In this document: in pieces, positions 1 to 10,143 of the stretch
Layout of the letters: each line of letters starts with the position of its first letter
How positions within the stretch are numbered: position 1 is the first letter of the stretch
Notes under the pieces: generated by a model
What the model was told of the DNA's origin: nothing
Seen by the model: the letters and a program-made list of their open reading frames with translations, nothing else
The model's database searches: none
Program-made: the position numbers and the translations under genes
Source: an uncultured Solirubrobacterales bacterium
GTDB taxonomy: Bacteria > Actinomycetota > Thermoleophilia > Solirubrobacterales > JBBDJG01
Assembly: GCA_963774075.1 (NCBI GenBank)
Contig: CAVZDP010000005.1
Span: 186,179 to 250,178 of the forward strand
Reading direction: 5' to 3'
DNA length: 64,000 nt

Positions 1-1
1 C

Positions 2-1102
2 TCGGTGCTCTCGGGCAACAGGAACTTCGAGGGCCGCATCAACCCCGACGTGAAGATGAACTACCTCGCCTCGCCGCCGCTGTGCGTTGCGTACGCGCTC
101 GCGGGGCGCATGGACGTCGACCTGCTGACCGAGCCGCTCGGCGAGGGCTCCGACGGCGAGCCGGTCTTCCTCGAGGACATCTGGCCGAGTCAGCGGGAGA
201 TCCAGGACGCCATCGAGTCGGCGATCGAGTCGAACATGTTCCGGCGCAGCTACAGCGAGGTATTCGAGGGCGACGAGAAATGGAAGACGCTGCCGGTCCC
301 CGAAGGCGATCGCTACGCCTGGGACGACGCCTCCACGTATGTCAAACGCCCGCCCTACTTCGACGGCATGCCCGCGGAGCCGCCCGCGGGCTTCGAGCCG
401 ATCATCGGAGCACACGCGCTCGCCGTCCTCGGCGACAGCGTTACCACCGACCACATCTCACCCGCCGGCGCGATCAAGGTCGACTCGCCCGCGGGGCGCT
501 ACCTGATCGAGCGGGGCATCGATCCGAAGGACTTCAACTCCTACGGGTCCAGGCGCGGCAACCACGAGGTGATGATGCGAGGCACGTTCGCGAACGTGCG
601 GCTGCGCAATCAGCTCGCGCCGGGGACCGAGGGCGGATTCACCGTCCATCTCCCGGACGGCGAGCAGATGACGATCTTCGATGCCGCGATGCGGTACGCC
701 GAGGAGGGCGTGCCACTCTGCGTGATCGCCGGTAAGGAGTACGGCTCGGGCTCCTCACGCGACTGGGCCGCCAAGGGGCCCCGCCTACTCGGCGTACGCT
801 TCGCGCTGGCGGAGAGCTACGAGCGCATCCACCGCTCGAACCTGGTCGGGATGGGAATACTGCCGCTCCAATTTGAGGACGGGGAGTCGATCGAGTCGCT
901 CGGCCTGAGCGGGCAGGAGCGCTTCGACCTGGCGTCGGTGGAGGACGGTGCGCCCACGCTTGGTGTCACCGCGACGCCCGACACGGGCGATCCGACCGAG
1001 TTCGAGGCGCGCGTGCGCATCGACACTCCGAACGAGTGGCTCTACTACCGCCACGGCGGCATCCTGCACTTCGTGCTGCGGCAGCTTCTAGCGGCGGCGT
1101 AA
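2..1102 (+). CDS. acnA: Aconitate hydratase A, C-terminal part (5' end outside the window)
   Basis: [34 protein letters not shown] and [16 protein letters not shown] motifs. Confidence 0.97.
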   Translation, partial: SVLSGNRNFEGRINPDVKMNYLASPPLCVAYALAGRMDVDLLTEPLGEGSDGEPVFLEDIWPSQREIQDAIESAIESNMFRRSYSEVFEGDEKWKTLPVPEGDRYAWDDASTYVKRPPYFDGMPAEPPAGFEPIIGAHALAVLGDSVTTDHISPAGAIKVDSPAGRYLIERGIDPKDFNSYGSRRGNHEVMMRGTFANVRLRNQLAPGTEGGFTVHLPDGEQMTIFDAAMRYAEEGVPLCVIAGKEYGSGSSRDWAAKGPRLLGVRFALAESYERIHRSNLVGMGILPLQFEDGESIESLGLSGQERFDLASVEDGAPTLGVTATPDTGDPTEFEARVRIDTPNEWLYYRHGGILHFVLRQLLAAA

Positions 1103-1113
1103 AACCTGAAGAT

Positions 1114-1210
1114 GCCGCCTCAAGGTGGGGTCAGTCGAGCCCGCGGAGCTCCCGGTATTCGCGCCTACGCGAATTCCGGCCTATTCGTGTCCGGCGAAGC
1201 CGGCTGGATA
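1114..1210 (-). repeat. Dispersed hairpin repeat, copy A
   Basis: Reverse complement of 1187-1210 matches 47375-47398 at 23/24. Reverse complement of 1114-1128 matches 47415-47429 at 14/15. Internal hairpin CCGGTATTCGCG-CCTA-CGCGAATTCCGG. Confidence 0.8.
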
Positions 1211-1229
1211 GTCTGCCAAGTACGCAACG

Positions 1230-2135
1230 TCACGCGGCCACGGCAGGCAAACCGATGCCGATCACCTTCAGGCGCCGCGTCAGCGCCGTGAAGGCGAACT
1301 CGTTCACCTCGGTACTCGAGTAGCCGAGCAGGTCCCACTCGCCGAAGGGGTCCTTGCCGGTCGGCACCAGCACGCCGCCCGCGACTGGCAGCGTCTCAGC
1401 GAGCGTCTCCTGCACGCGTGCAACGAGCTCAGGACGTTCGCGCACCGTCTTCTGCAGGTACCAGGTCCCGAAAGCGACGTGGCGATGCTCGTCCTGGCTG
1501 ACCTTCCTGAATCCCTCGACGAAGCCGGGCATGATGCCGCGTTGCTCGAAGAAGTCGGTGATGAACTGCTGACCGGTGAGCGCCAGGGTGCCCTCGATCA
1601 CCATGTGGTAGAGCGTGACGAAGTCGACCTTGGACTCCACATCGCGGGGATTCGCGATCAGCTTTTCGGCGGCCTCTACCAAGTGCTCGTCGAAGAGCTG
1701 GATGAACGCGTCGTTGAGGTCGGCGCGAACGCGCTCGAGCTGGGTGTCCATGCCTCCACCGATCCCGGCGACCTCGTCGTACAGGCGTGAGAAGAACTGC
1801 GCGTGACGCGCCTCGTCGACCTGCTGGGTAGCGAGGAAGGCCTCTTCGGCCTGGTCCTCGTAAGCCATCACGAGTCCCGAGAACTGAGTCGTGACCCGCT
1901 CCTCGCCGACGAAGAACGAGGACAGCCCCCACACGACGTCGCTGCGCACGTCCTCCGGCAGCTCCGCCCAGTCGGCCACGTCCTTGCTGAAGTCGATCGC
2001 GTACGCCGACCAGTGCTGACGCTCCCACAGCTGGTAGAGCTGCTGCGGCGACATCAGCTTGATGCTCGCCAGCTTCGACTCGTCGGCGACCGTCGCGACG
2101 TCGCCCTGCACGGCTAGATCTGCCAGCGTCCCCAT
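1230..2135 (-). CDS. R2-like ligand-binding oxidase (R2lox; ferritin-like dimetal carboxylate protein)
   Basis: GEERV, DEARH, YHMVIEG and DEHRH metal-ligand pattern; no nrdA nearby. Confidence 0.82.
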   Translation of the reverse strand: MGTLADLAVQGDVATVADESKLASIKLMSPQQLYQLWERQHWSAYAIDFSKDVADWAELPEDVRSDVVWGLSSFFVGEERVTTQFSGLVMAYEDQAEEAFLATQQVDEARHAQFFSRLYDEVAGIGGGMDTQLERVRADLNDAFIQLFDEHLVEAAEKLIANPRDVESKVDFVTLYHMVIEGTLALTGQQFITDFFEQRGIMPGFVEGFRKVSQDEHRHVAFGTWYLQKTVRERPELVARVQETLAETLPVAGGVLVPTGKDPFGEWDLLGYSSTEVNEFAFTALTRRLKVIGIGLPAVAA

Positions 2136-2182
2136 GAGGCCTCCTCCTGCTTCGCGAATCCGGAGGCAGCAGCCTATCGCGC

Positions 2183-2201
2183 TCTTGACACAGCGTCAAG
2201 A
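2183..2201. promoter_or_regulatory. Probable TetR operator overlapping a TTGACA -35
   Basis: Perfect inverted repeat TCTTGAC-N5-GTCAAGA between the divergent R2lox and TetR genes, followed by a further GTCAAGA half-site. Confidence 0.7.
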
Positions 2202-2238
2202 CTATCTGTCAAGACGTGCTGTTAAGCTTTTGTATGAG

Positions 2239-2850
2239 ATGGCGGTTCTGTCGCAGCGCAGGGACGAGCCGAGCGAGCAGCGGCTCGAGACCGAAGCTGC
2301 CTTCGTGGCCGCCAGCGCCGCCCTACTGCTCGAGGGTCGCTCGTACGCCGACCTGAGTGTGGAGGAGATCTCTCGCCGAGCGGGCCGCAGCCGCACGGCC
2401 TTCTACTTCTACTTCCGCGACAAGCGCGAGTTGCTGATCCATGCCCTGCAGGACGCGGCCGAGCGTCTATACGTGGCGGCCGACAGTTGGTGGAGTGGGC
2501 CCGGCAGACCGGATGACCTGCGACGCGCGCTCGAGGACGTCTTCGACGTCTACAGCGACGAGCGCGCGGTGCTCGGGGCGGTGATAGAGGCATCGGGCTA
2601 CGACGAGAGCATCCGCGAGCTGTGGCGAGACGTGATCGGCCGCTTTGTCGTCCCCACCGAGGAGCGGCTGCGCGCGGAGGGAGAGCCGGCGGCGAGCGCG
2701 CGCGCGAAGGCATTCGCGCTCGTTTGGATGACGGAGCGCACGTTCTACCAACACCTAGGCGCCGAGGGGACGAGCGACATCAGCGACCGCGCCCTGCTCG
2801 ACTCGCTGGTCGAGATCTGGGTCCGGAGCGCCTATCGAAGCCCGCCCTAG
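2239..2850 (+). CDS. TetR/EthR-like transcriptional regulator
   Basis: HTH LSVEEISRRAGRSRTAFYFYFRDK; EthR-like C-terminus; ATG at 2239 chosen. Confidence 0.92.
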   Translation: MAVLSQRRDEPSEQRLETEAAFVAASAALLLEGRSYADLSVEEISRRAGRSRTAFYFYFRDKRELLIHALQDAAERLYVAADSWWSGPGRPDDLRRALEDVFDVYSDERAVLGAVIEASGYDESIRELWRDVIGRFVVPTEERLRAEGEPAASARAKAFALVWMTERTFYQHLGAEGTSDISDRALLDSLVEIWVRSAYRSPP

Positions 2851-2861
2851 GGCGCCAAGCC

Positions 2862-3377
2862 CTAGGACCGCTTTGCTGAAGCGGCCCTCCGCCGGGTGGC
2901 CGCCGTCGTCTTGCGGCCTGTCGTCTTGCGCGCCGTCGCCTTGCGCGCCGTCGTCTTGCGCGGCGTCTTGCGGCCTGTCGTCTTGCGGCCTATCGTCTTG
3001 CGGCCTGTCGTCTTGCGGGCTGTTCCCCTGCGGGCGGTCGCTTTGCGGGCGGAGCTCTTTCTGGCGCCTTGCTTGCTGCCCGCGCCGGTGAGTCGCTCCT
3101 GAAGCCCTTCGAGGTCTGCCAGCAGCGTCTTGTTCAGGCGCTGCGTCTCGCTACGAGCCTTCGTCAGCGTTCCCTGCACCTCCTTCAAGAGGTCGCGACC
3201 GCTGCGGCCGAGGCTTGCGCTCAGCTCGTTGAGAGCCTTGTACGCGGTCTCCAGCGCCGCGTTCAGGTTGTCGAGAGAGGCTTCGCCCCCACTCGTCCGG
3301 GCCCGCGAGCCGCTGCGTCTGCTGGTCGAGCCTGCACGAGCCCTGCTCGTGGTCTTCCTGCGACTGCTCGTCGCCAT
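2862..3377 (-). CDS. Basic histone-H1-like protein with (A/G)RK(T/A)T repeats
   Basis: Central coiled-coil; C-terminal tail of about 11 pentapeptide repeats. Confidence 0.7.
   Translation of the reverse strand: MATSSRRKTTSRARAGSTSRRSGSRARTSGGEASLDNLNAALETAYKALNELSASLGRSGRDLLKEVQGTLTKARSETQRLNKTLLADLEGLQERLTGAGSKQGARKSSARKATARRGTARKTTGRKTIGRKTTGRKTPRKTTARKATARKTTGRKTTAATRRRAASAKRS
2905..3069. repeat. Coding tandem repeat, 15-bp unit (GTCGTCTTGCGGCCT-like)
   Basis: Directly visible; encodes ARKTT/GRKTT. Confidence 0.9.
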
Positions 3378-3461
3378 CTTTCCCCCTAGCGTTTACCGTG
3401 ACTGGCTTGAGGGCGACAGCCTAACTGCGCCTCGGCGCAATGCAAGTGCGGCTCGGGCCGC

Positions 3462-4421
3462 TTAGGCCAGGACGTCCGACAGTGGGCGCCGCGGCGTTTG
3501 GCCGACGGGCTGCCCGTATCCGAGCCGGACGAGGACCTGCGGGAAACCGCCGAGCCCGACCAGGTCGCGCAGCTCCCCGCGAAGCTCGGGAATCTCTACC
3601 GCCTGATCCAGAAATGAAGCCGACAGACCCCGCGAGCACGCCTCGAGCAGTAGGCGCTGCAACGCCTGGCCGGCGGCGAGCCAGCTCCCAGCGTCGTCTT
3701 CAGGGGTACCGATCACCGCGAGCATCGGCGAGGCGGCAGCCAGGTCGTGGTCCCTTGCAGCCTGAGCGCCGCCCATGTCGAAGGTGCGCATCACGTAGGG
3801 GCTCGCGACCGGGCGCTTGCCCGCGAAGCCGTAGCCGGGGATGCCGTCGGTCGCGCCGTTGGCATGTGGTCGCATCCATGCGCCAAGCTCCTCGCGAAAG
3901 CCATCGTCGGCGAACTGGGTACGGTCGCCACGAGCGATCAGGTCCGCCAGAGCGTACTTGCCTTCCGGAGCACGGTAGGCGGAGAACCAGGCGCCCTCCT
4001 CGACGGCGGCGCTCTTCAGGCCCTCGACCTGCTCCTCGTCGACCTCCCTCTCCTCGAACAGACCCCTGTTCGTCGCTCGTGAGGGAATGGCCTCGAAAAG
4101 CCTCAGCTCATCGTCAGCGGGTTCGCGGCGCTCGCCTAGACCTACGATCGCGAGCAAATCGCGGTCTTCGTCGTCGGGAAGCAGCCGAATCGCAGGCTCG
4201 AAGCCGAGGCGACGGATCCCGAGCCTCATGTTGAGCAAGGCCGCGCCGCAGGCAATCGTGAGCTGGCGGTCCTCCGGGTCGATCACCGGCAGCGAGCGTG
4301 AGCGGTCCGCGAGCAGCTGCACCGATGAGCCCTCGACGCGGAATCGCCATGGCTGCGCGTTGTGCACCGACGGCGCCATCACCGCATGGCGGACCAGTGC
4401 GGTAAGGGTGTCCGCTTCCAT
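3462..4421 (-). CDS. Acg-family FMN-binding nitroreductase
   Basis: APSVHNAQPWRF, IACGAALLN, AGQALQRLLL and PRRP motifs; start uncertain (4421 or 4484). Confidence 0.9.
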   Translation of the reverse strand: MEADTLTALVRHAVMAPSVHNAQPWRFRVEGSSVQLLADRSRSLPVIDPEDRQLTIACGAALLNMRLGIRRLGFEPAIRLLPDDEDRDLLAIVGLGERREPADDELRLFEAIPSRATNRGLFEEREVDEEQVEGLKSAAVEEGAWFSAYRAPEGKYALADLIARGDRTQFADDGFREELGAWMRPHANGATDGIPGYGFAGKRPVASPYVMRTFDMGGAQAARDHDLAAASPMLAVIGTPEDDAGSWLAAGQALQRLLLEACSRGLSASFLDQAVEIPELRGELRDLVGLGGFPQVLVRLGYGQPVGQTPRRPLSDVLA

Positions 4422-4490
4422 GGCCGTGTCGGGCGAGCCATCCAGGCTCGCGCCGAGCCTCTCCCTGGCTTCGATCACGCGCATCCCTGC

Positions 4491-4527
4491 ATATCTAGCC
4501 GGCTTCGCCGGGCACCTACAGTCCAGA
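4491..4527 (+). repeat. Dispersed hairpin repeat, copy B
   Basis: ATATCTAGCCGGCTTCGCCGGGCACCTACAGTCCAGA matches 47374-47410 at 35/37. Confidence 0.85.
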
Positions 4528-4601
4528 TGTAAATCGGCGTTTTCGCCCGCCGCCATGAGAGTTCCGAGGCGCTCTGCCTCGGCCATTCGTCCGCCGGCCT
4601 C

Positions 4602-5537
4602 TCAGAGGTACCCGCTGCGCCTGAACCAGGCGAACAGCAGCGCCAGCGGGACCAGCACGCCGCCGAGGCCAAACGCCGCGAAGGCGGCGAACGTGTCGAC
4701 GTGATCGACCAGCCACCCGAAGTTCTGGCCGAAGAACCCCGTCACGAACATGAGCGGCAGGAACACGGTCGAGATGACGGTGAGCTGCTTCATGATCTGG
4801 TTCAGCCGGTTCGACACCGTCGAGAGGTAGACATCCATCATTCCGGAGAGCAGGTCGCGGTAGGAGTCGATCAGCTCCGAGATCCGAATCAGGTGGTCGT
4901 AGACGTCGCGAAAGTAGTCTCGGGGACCGGCTTGCAGCCCCGGCAGCATGGTGATCTGGTCGATGGTGCGCGCGAACAGGTCGCGCTGCGGCGTCACGAC
5001 CCGCCGCAGGGTGACGAGGTTCCGCTTGACGTGGAAGATGCGCTTTAGCTGCTCGTCGGTCGGCTCCATCACGACGGCTTCCTCGAGCGCATCGATCTCG
5101 TCGTCGATACGGGACAGCACCGGGAAGAACGAGTCGGTCAGAGCGTCGAGGATCCGGTAGACGACGAAGTGCTCGGCTCCGGCGGGGCCGCGTTCGAGCC
5201 GGCTGCGCACGCCCACGAGCTCGTCGCAGTGCTCTCGCCGGATCGTGATCACGTAGGAGCCGCTGACGAAGAGGTGAACCTCCGTCAGCCCGGTCTCGCC
5301 GTCCGCGAGCGACCGAACCGCGAAGAAAACGATGAACACGTACCGCTCGTAGTCGTCGAGCTTCGGCCGCTGGCCGAACTTCTGCGTGTCCTCGATGGCA
5401 AGCGGGTGAATGTCGAACATCTCCCGCAGGAGCTCGAGATCCGACTGCTCGGGTCGCTCGAGGTCGAGCCAGAAGAACTCGTCCCGCGCCATCAGCTCCT
5501 CGATCTCGAGGCGATCGATGTGCGTGAGCACGCGCAC
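4602..5537 (-). CDS. corA: CorA-family Mg/Co transporter
   Basis: HPLAIED, YFRDVYDH, two C-terminal TM helices with GFFGQNF (GxN variant). Confidence 0.92.
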   Translation of the reverse strand: MRVLTHIDRLEIEELMARDEFFWLDLERPEQSDLELLREMFDIHPLAIEDTQKFGQRPKLDDYERYVFIVFFAVRSLADGETGLTEVHLFVSGSYVITIRREHCDELVGVRSRLERGPAGAEHFVVYRILDALTDSFFPVLSRIDDEIDALEEAVVMEPTDEQLKRIFHVKRNLVTLRRVVTPQRDLFARTIDQITMLPGLQAGPRDYFRDVYDHLIRISELIDSYRDLLSGMMDVYLSTVSNRLNQIMKQLTVISTVFLPLMFVTGFFGQNFGWLVDHVDTFAAFAAFGLGGVLVPLALLFAWFRRSGYL

Positions 5538-5650
5538 CCGCGCGACGCTACCGAGGGTGCAGGACGGCTCGCCGCCCCGACCCGGCAAGCGGTGAAAGGG
5601 TATGCGGGCTGCCCGCCGCGGCGCGCAGCGCACATCGACGAGGAGGGCAA

Positions 5651-6460
5651 ATGAGCTACGAGACGCTGATCTACGACAAGAGCGAGCACGTCGTGACGCT
5701 GGTCTACAACCGCCCCGACCAGCACAACGCGGTCAACCGGAAGATGAACGAGGAGCTACATCACGCCTGGCGGCGCTTCCGGGACGACCCGGACGCGTTC
5801 GTGCTCGTGATCACCGGCGCCGGAGAGACGACCTTCTGCGCCGGCTGGGACCTTGCAGACGCTGCATCAATGACCGAGACGCCCGACTTCGACGAGTACC
5901 GCGTGTCCGTCTACGACTCCCCGGGGGAATGCGGCTACACGCGCCGGGCCGACGTCTTCAAGCCGGTGATCGCCGCGGTCAACGGCTACGCGTTCGCGGC
6001 AGGGCTCGAGACGGCGCTCCTTGCCGACATCCGCATAGCCGCCGAGAACGCGGAATTCGGTGCTCTCGAGCGCCGCTGGAACATCGTCGGTGGCGACGGA
6101 ATGACGGTCAGGCTGCCGCTGGTCGTCGGCTTCGCGCGGGCGATGGAGCTCATCATCACGGGGCGGCGCATCGACGTTACGGAAGCCGAGCGGATCGGCC
6201 TGGTCAACGAGGTGGTTCCGCATGGGAAGGCTTTGGAGCGAGCACAGGAGCTGGCGCACGAGATCGCCGCGCTCCCGCAGGGGGCGATCAGATCTGACAA
6301 GGAGTCGGTGCTGCGCGGCATCGGACGCACGCTCGAGGAGCGGCTGCGGATCGAAGCCGAGATGACGATCTCGATGTTCCTGCGCCGTGACAAGCACACG
6401 GTCGGGGCGTCGGCCTTCAAGGAGGGCCGGGCGCCCGAGTGGCCGCACCACGGTCTGTGA
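5651..6460 (+). CDS. Enoyl-CoA hydratase/isomerase family protein
   Basis: FCAGWDL and KPVIAAVNGYAFAAG; AGGAGG SD. Confidence 0.93.
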   Translation: MSYETLIYDKSEHVVTLVYNRPDQHNAVNRKMNEELHHAWRRFRDDPDAFVLVITGAGETTFCAGWDLADAASMTETPDFDEYRVSVYDSPGECGYTRRADVFKPVIAAVNGYAFAAGLETALLADIRIAAENAEFGALERRWNIVGGDGMTVRLPLVVGFARAMELIITGRRIDVTEAERIGLVNEVVPHGKALERAQELAHEIAALPQGAIRSDKESVLRGIGRTLEERLRIEAEMTISMFLRRDKHTVGASAFKEGRAPEWPHHGL

Positions 6461-6473
6461 CGGAACATCGAGC

Positions 6474-7196
6474 TCATAGCCATTCGCGAGGTAGCGCGGA
6501 TGGGATCGGGCCCGCGAAACGCGGCAGCAGGCGCTCTCCGAGCGCGGCCGCCGAGCGCCCCTCCACCATCGGCCGCAGGTCCTCGAAGGCGAGCAGGACC
6601 CTCACCGTGGTGCCGATCTGGAAGTCGGCCGCATTTGGCTCGTCGCCGCCAATCGTGCCGTCGGCGATCAACCGGTCCACCTCGTCGAGCATGCCCGGCA
6701 GCGCGGCGACGTCCGCCCGCACGCGCGCCTCGTCCGCGCCGGCCATGCGGGCGAGGCGACGCGCGACCGGGACGTTGAGCGCAGCCATGAGACTCGGCGC
6801 CGGCATGCCGATGTCGCGCGCGAGCCATCGGCGCGTGCCCGCGTCGTGCGAGGCCAACCAGCGAAAGACCCGCCTTGGTACCGGCTGCAGCTCGCGCTCG
6901 CCCCACGCTTCGGCGTGCTCGACCCGCCGGCGCAGCTCGGCGTCGACAGGGAAGAGCGGCGGCTCGGGGCGAAGCTGGTCGAGAGCGCGCGAGATCGCGC
7001 GCGAGCTCTGCAGGCGGCGTCCATCGAGCCGAAGGGCCGGTACGGTGCCGCCGCGAAAGCCCGCGAAACGTAGAAGCACCGGGTGCAAGCCGGGCAGCAG
7101 GTCAACGACCCTGTGCTCGATGCCCTTGCGTTCGAGCATCAATCGCGCTGCGTGACTCGGATGCGAGAGGGACAGCGCGTAGAGCTTCACCCGCAT
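6474..7196 (-). CDS. Glutathione S-transferase N-terminal domain protein
   Basis: SHPSHAARLML, TVPAL and QSSRAI thioredoxin-like GST motifs. Confidence 0.85.
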   Translation of the reverse strand: MRVKLYALSLSHPSHAARLMLERKGIEHRVVDLLPGLHPVLLRFAGFRGGTVPALRLDGRRLQSSRAISRALDQLRPEPPLFPVDAELRRRVEHAEAWGERELQPVPRRVFRWLASHDAGTRRWLARDIGMPAPSLMAALNVPVARRLARMAGADEARVRADVAALPGMLDEVDRLIADGTIGGDEPNAADFQIGTTVRVLLAFEDLRPMVEGRSAAALGERLLPRFAGPIPSALPREWL

Positions 7197-7203
7197 GCCG
7201 GCG

Positions 7204-7572
7204 TCAGGGAACGGGGTCGTCCTCGGCCATCCCGCCGAGGAACGCATCGAGAACCTGGTTGACGAGCCAGACGATGAACGTCGCGAACACGGCCCACCAG
7301 AATCCGTCGATCTGGAAGTCGTCCACGATCCAGCTCGTCAGGTAGAGCATCAGCAGGTTGACGAAGAAGTAGGCCACGCCCAGCGTGAGGAGGATGAGAG
7401 GCAGGGCGAGCAGCGTCAGCACCGGCTTCACGAAGATGTTCACGAGGCTGAAGACGAGCCCCGCGAGCACCAGCGCCCACTCGCGGTCGCCGTAGTCGAT
7501 TCCTTCTAGCAGCCAGGCCGCGACGAAGAGTGCCGCAACGTTGAAGGCCCACGTGACGAGGAACCGTCGCAT
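7204..7572 (-). CDS. 4-TM YvlD/'phage holin' family membrane protein
   Basis: [23 protein letters not shown] signature. Confidence 0.88.
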   Translation of the reverse strand: MRRFLVTWAFNVAALFVAAWLLEGIDYGDREWALVLAGLVFSLVNIFVKPVLTLLALPLILLTLGVAYFFVNLLMLYLTSWIVDDFQIDGFWWAVFATFIVWLVNQVLDAFLGGMAEDDPVP

Positions 7573-7637
7573 GCGGTCTAATACTCGCAGCTCGCGTCAG
7601 CGCGGGCGATTCGACCAAGAGACGAAAGGGAAGCTGC

Positions 7638-8828
7638 ATGAGCCACCGCACGTTCGTAATTGGAGTCGGCATGACGAAGTTCGAGAAGCCCGGCTCGCGC
7701 GACTGGGACTACCCGGACATGGCCGCCGAGGCCGGAGGCAAGGCGCTCGAGGATGCGGGCGTCTCGTACGCGGACGTGCAGCAGGCTTTCGTTGGCTACT
7801 GCTATGGCGAGTCGACTTCCGGTCAGCGCGCCGTCTACGGGCTGGGTCTGACGGGCATCCCGGTGGTGAACGTCAACAACAACTGCTCGACCGGCTCGTC
7901 AGCCCTCTACATGGCGCGCCAGGCGGTGCGAGGCGGACTGGTGGATTGCGCGCTCGCGCTCGGCTTCGAGAAGATGGAAAAGGGGTCCCTGGGCGTCAAG
8001 TACACCGACCGCACGAACCCGATCGACCGCCACATGATGGCGATGTTCGAGGTTCGAGAGCCCGAGCAGAGCCCGTTCGCGCCGCAGATGTTCGGCAACG
8101 CCGGGCGCGAGCACATGGAGCGCTACGGGTCGGAGCCCGACCACTACGCCTGGATCGGGTGGAAGAACCACAAGCACTCGGTGAACAATCCCTACGCGCA
8201 GTTCCAGGACGAGTACAGCATGGACGACATCAAGGGCGCGAAGATGATCCACGAGCCGCTCACGAAGCTCCAGTGCTCGCCGACTTCCGACGGCTCGGCC
8301 TGCGCGATCGTGGCGAGCGAGCGGTTCGTGGAAGAGCGCGACCTGTGGGGCCGCGCGATCGAGATCGCCGGCCAGGCGATGGTGACCGACATGCCCTCCA
8401 CGTTCGAGGAGCGCAGCTCGATCAAGGTGGTCGGCTTCGACATGTCGAAGGAGGCAGCGCGTCAAGCTCTCACCGAGGCGGAGACCGCGATCGAGGACGT
8501 AGACGTGATCGAGTTGCACGACTGCTTCACCTCCAACGAGCTGATCACCTACGAGGCGCTCGGGCTAGCCGATGAGGGCGAGGGCCACAAGCTCGTGGAC
8601 GCCGAGGACACGACCTACGGCGGTCGCTGGGTGGTCAACCCTTCGGGCGGGCTGATCTCCAAGGGGCACCCGCTCGGCGCGACTGGGCTCGCGCAGTGCT
8701 CGGAGCTCACGTGGCAGCTTCGAGGCGACGCGGACAAGCGCCAGGCCGCGGGCGCGAAGGTAGGCCTCCAGCACAACATCGGCCTGGGCGGCGCAGCCGT
8801 CGTCAGCGTCTACAAGCCCGCTGCTTAG
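7638..8828 (+). CDS. SCP2-type thiolase (lipid-transfer protein)
   Basis: [21 protein letters not shown] and HNIGLGG motifs. Confidence 0.95.
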   Translation: MSHRTFVIGVGMTKFEKPGSRDWDYPDMAAEAGGKALEDAGVSYADVQQAFVGYCYGESTSGQRAVYGLGLTGIPVVNVNNNCSTGSSALYMARQAVRGGLVDCALALGFEKMEKGSLGVKYTDRTNPIDRHMMAMFEVREPEQSPFAPQMFGNAGREHMERYGSEPDHYAWIGWKNHKHSVNNPYAQFQDEYSMDDIKGAKMIHEPLTKLQCSPTSDGSACAIVASERFVEERDLWGRAIEIAGQAMVTDMPSTFEERSSIKVVGFDMSKEAARQALTEAETAIEDVDVIELHDCFTSNELITYEALGLADEGEGHKLVDAEDTTYGGRWVVNPSGGLISKGHPLGATGLAQCSELTWQLRGDADKRQAAGAKVGLQHNIGLGGAAVVSVYKPAA

Positions 8829-8841
8829 AGCCTTCAACGGA

Positions 8842-10143
8842 ATGCCCGGCTCCGGGCTACGATTGGGTCGCTTGACTAGCGAGGGGAGCCCGGGGCAGGA
8901 GAGTCATTTGACCGAGCGCAGCATCCGCGCGCGCGCGCTGGACCGACCCGCGCTGCCGCGGGCGTTCGCGCTCCTCTACGGGGCCGGAGGAACACTCGTG
9001 CTGGTGACGCTTCTGGTCCCGACCGAGTCGGACCGCTTCGAGCCGGGGATGGTGATTCCGGCTCTCCTGGCGTTGGGAGTTACCGCGTTGATGCTGATCG
9101 GCCAGGAGCGGCCGCCGCTCTGGGTCTTCCAGTCGTTGCCGACGTTCGGAGCGGTCCTGATCACGAGCGTCGCCTACTCGGGTGGGACCACCACTTTCAA
9201 TGCTTACGCGCTTCTGTACCTGTGGGTCATCATCTCGGGCTTCTACTTCTTCGACTGGCGACTGGGGCTGGTGGGCCTTCTGACGTCGGCCACCGGCTAT
9301 GCCCTGGTGCTGCTGCACCACGACGCCGCCGACGACCCGCTCCTGTACTACCTGATGGGAGTGGGGACCTTCTCCGTCGCCGGTCTGCTGCTGGCGCTCC
9401 TGAGCGAACGGATCTCTCAACTGCTCGATGCGCTGCGCGGAAGCGACCGGTTGAAGACGACGATCATCCGCTCCGTCTCACACGACTTCCGCACGCCGCT
9501 GACGGCGATCATCGCGGCCGGCGAGTCCTCGAGCTCGCCGACGCTCGACAGCGACGACCGCCGCGAGCTCGCATCCGTGATCGTGACCGAAGCTACACGG
9601 CTTTCGACGTTGCTCGAAAAGCTCATGGACCTCTCGAAGCTCGAGGCCGGTGCGGCCGAGCCACGCCCGATCTGGTGCTCGCTCGAGGAGATCGTGGAGA
9701 CGGCGCTCGAGCGGATGCCCGCTCGCGAGCGCTTCGTCGTCGCCACACAGCCTGATCTCCCGCTCGTGCGCGCCGATGCCGGCCAGCTCGAGGGCGCGCT
9801 GCTCAACCTGTTCGAGAACTCGAGCCGCTTCGCCATCGCCGCGCCGGTGGAGGTGACGCTCGAGGCCCGCGACGACAGCGTGCTGGTGCGCGTGCGAGAC
9901 CACGGCCCCGGCATCTCCCCTGAGGACCGTGAGCACATCTTCGAGCCGTTCTACCGCGGCCGCCACGACGCTGGTCCCTATGACCCCGGCCTCGGATTGG
10001 CGATCACGAAGGGCTTCGTGGAGGCGAACGGCGGGCTGGTGCGGGCGGAGCTTGCGAGCGAGGGCGGCACGACTTTCGTGGTCGAGCTTCCGCGCTTCCC
10101 CGAGGATGCCGCGGATCCGCCCAGGGTCAGCGAGCGAAGGTGA
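8842..10143 (+). CDS. Membrane sensor histidine kinase (KdpD-like kinase core)
   Basis: About 6 TM helices; SHDFRTPL H-box; NLFEN, DHGPG and GLGL boxes; start uncertain. Confidence 0.9.
   Translation: MPGSGLRLGRLTSEGSPGQESHLTERSIRARALDRPALPRAFALLYGAGGTLVLVTLLVPTESDRFEPGMVIPALLALGVTALMLIGQERPPLWVFQSLPTFGAVLITSVAYSGGTTTFNAYALLYLWVIISGFYFFDWRLGLVGLLTSATGYALVLLHHDAADDPLLYYLMGVGTFSVAGLLLALLSERISQLLDALRGSDRLKTTIIRSVSHDFRTPLTAIIAAGESSSSPTLDSDDRRELASVIVTEATRLSTLLEKLMDLSKLEAGAAEPRPIWCSLEEIVETALERMPARERFVVATQPDLPLVRADAGQLEGALLNLFENSSRFAIAAPVEVTLEARDDSVLVRVRDHGPGISPEDREHIFEPFYRGRHDAGPYDPGLGLAITKGFVEANGGLVRAELASEGGTTFVVELPRFPEDAADPPRVSERR

Noticed and set aside
1230-2135. Ribonucleotide reductase beta subunit (nrdB/nrdF)
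   Set aside because: No alpha subunit nearby, and the first ligand Glu and motif pattern fit R2lox better
2905-3069. CRISPR-like repeat array
   Set aside because: 15-bp in-frame coding units without spacers; no cas genes
4422-4586. N-terminal extension of the Acg nitroreductase
   Set aside because: Runs through repeat copy B; likely non-coding read-through of the ORF caller
7204-7572. Prophage marked by a holin
   Set aside because: The YvlD-type family is commonly chromosomal and there are no other phage genes
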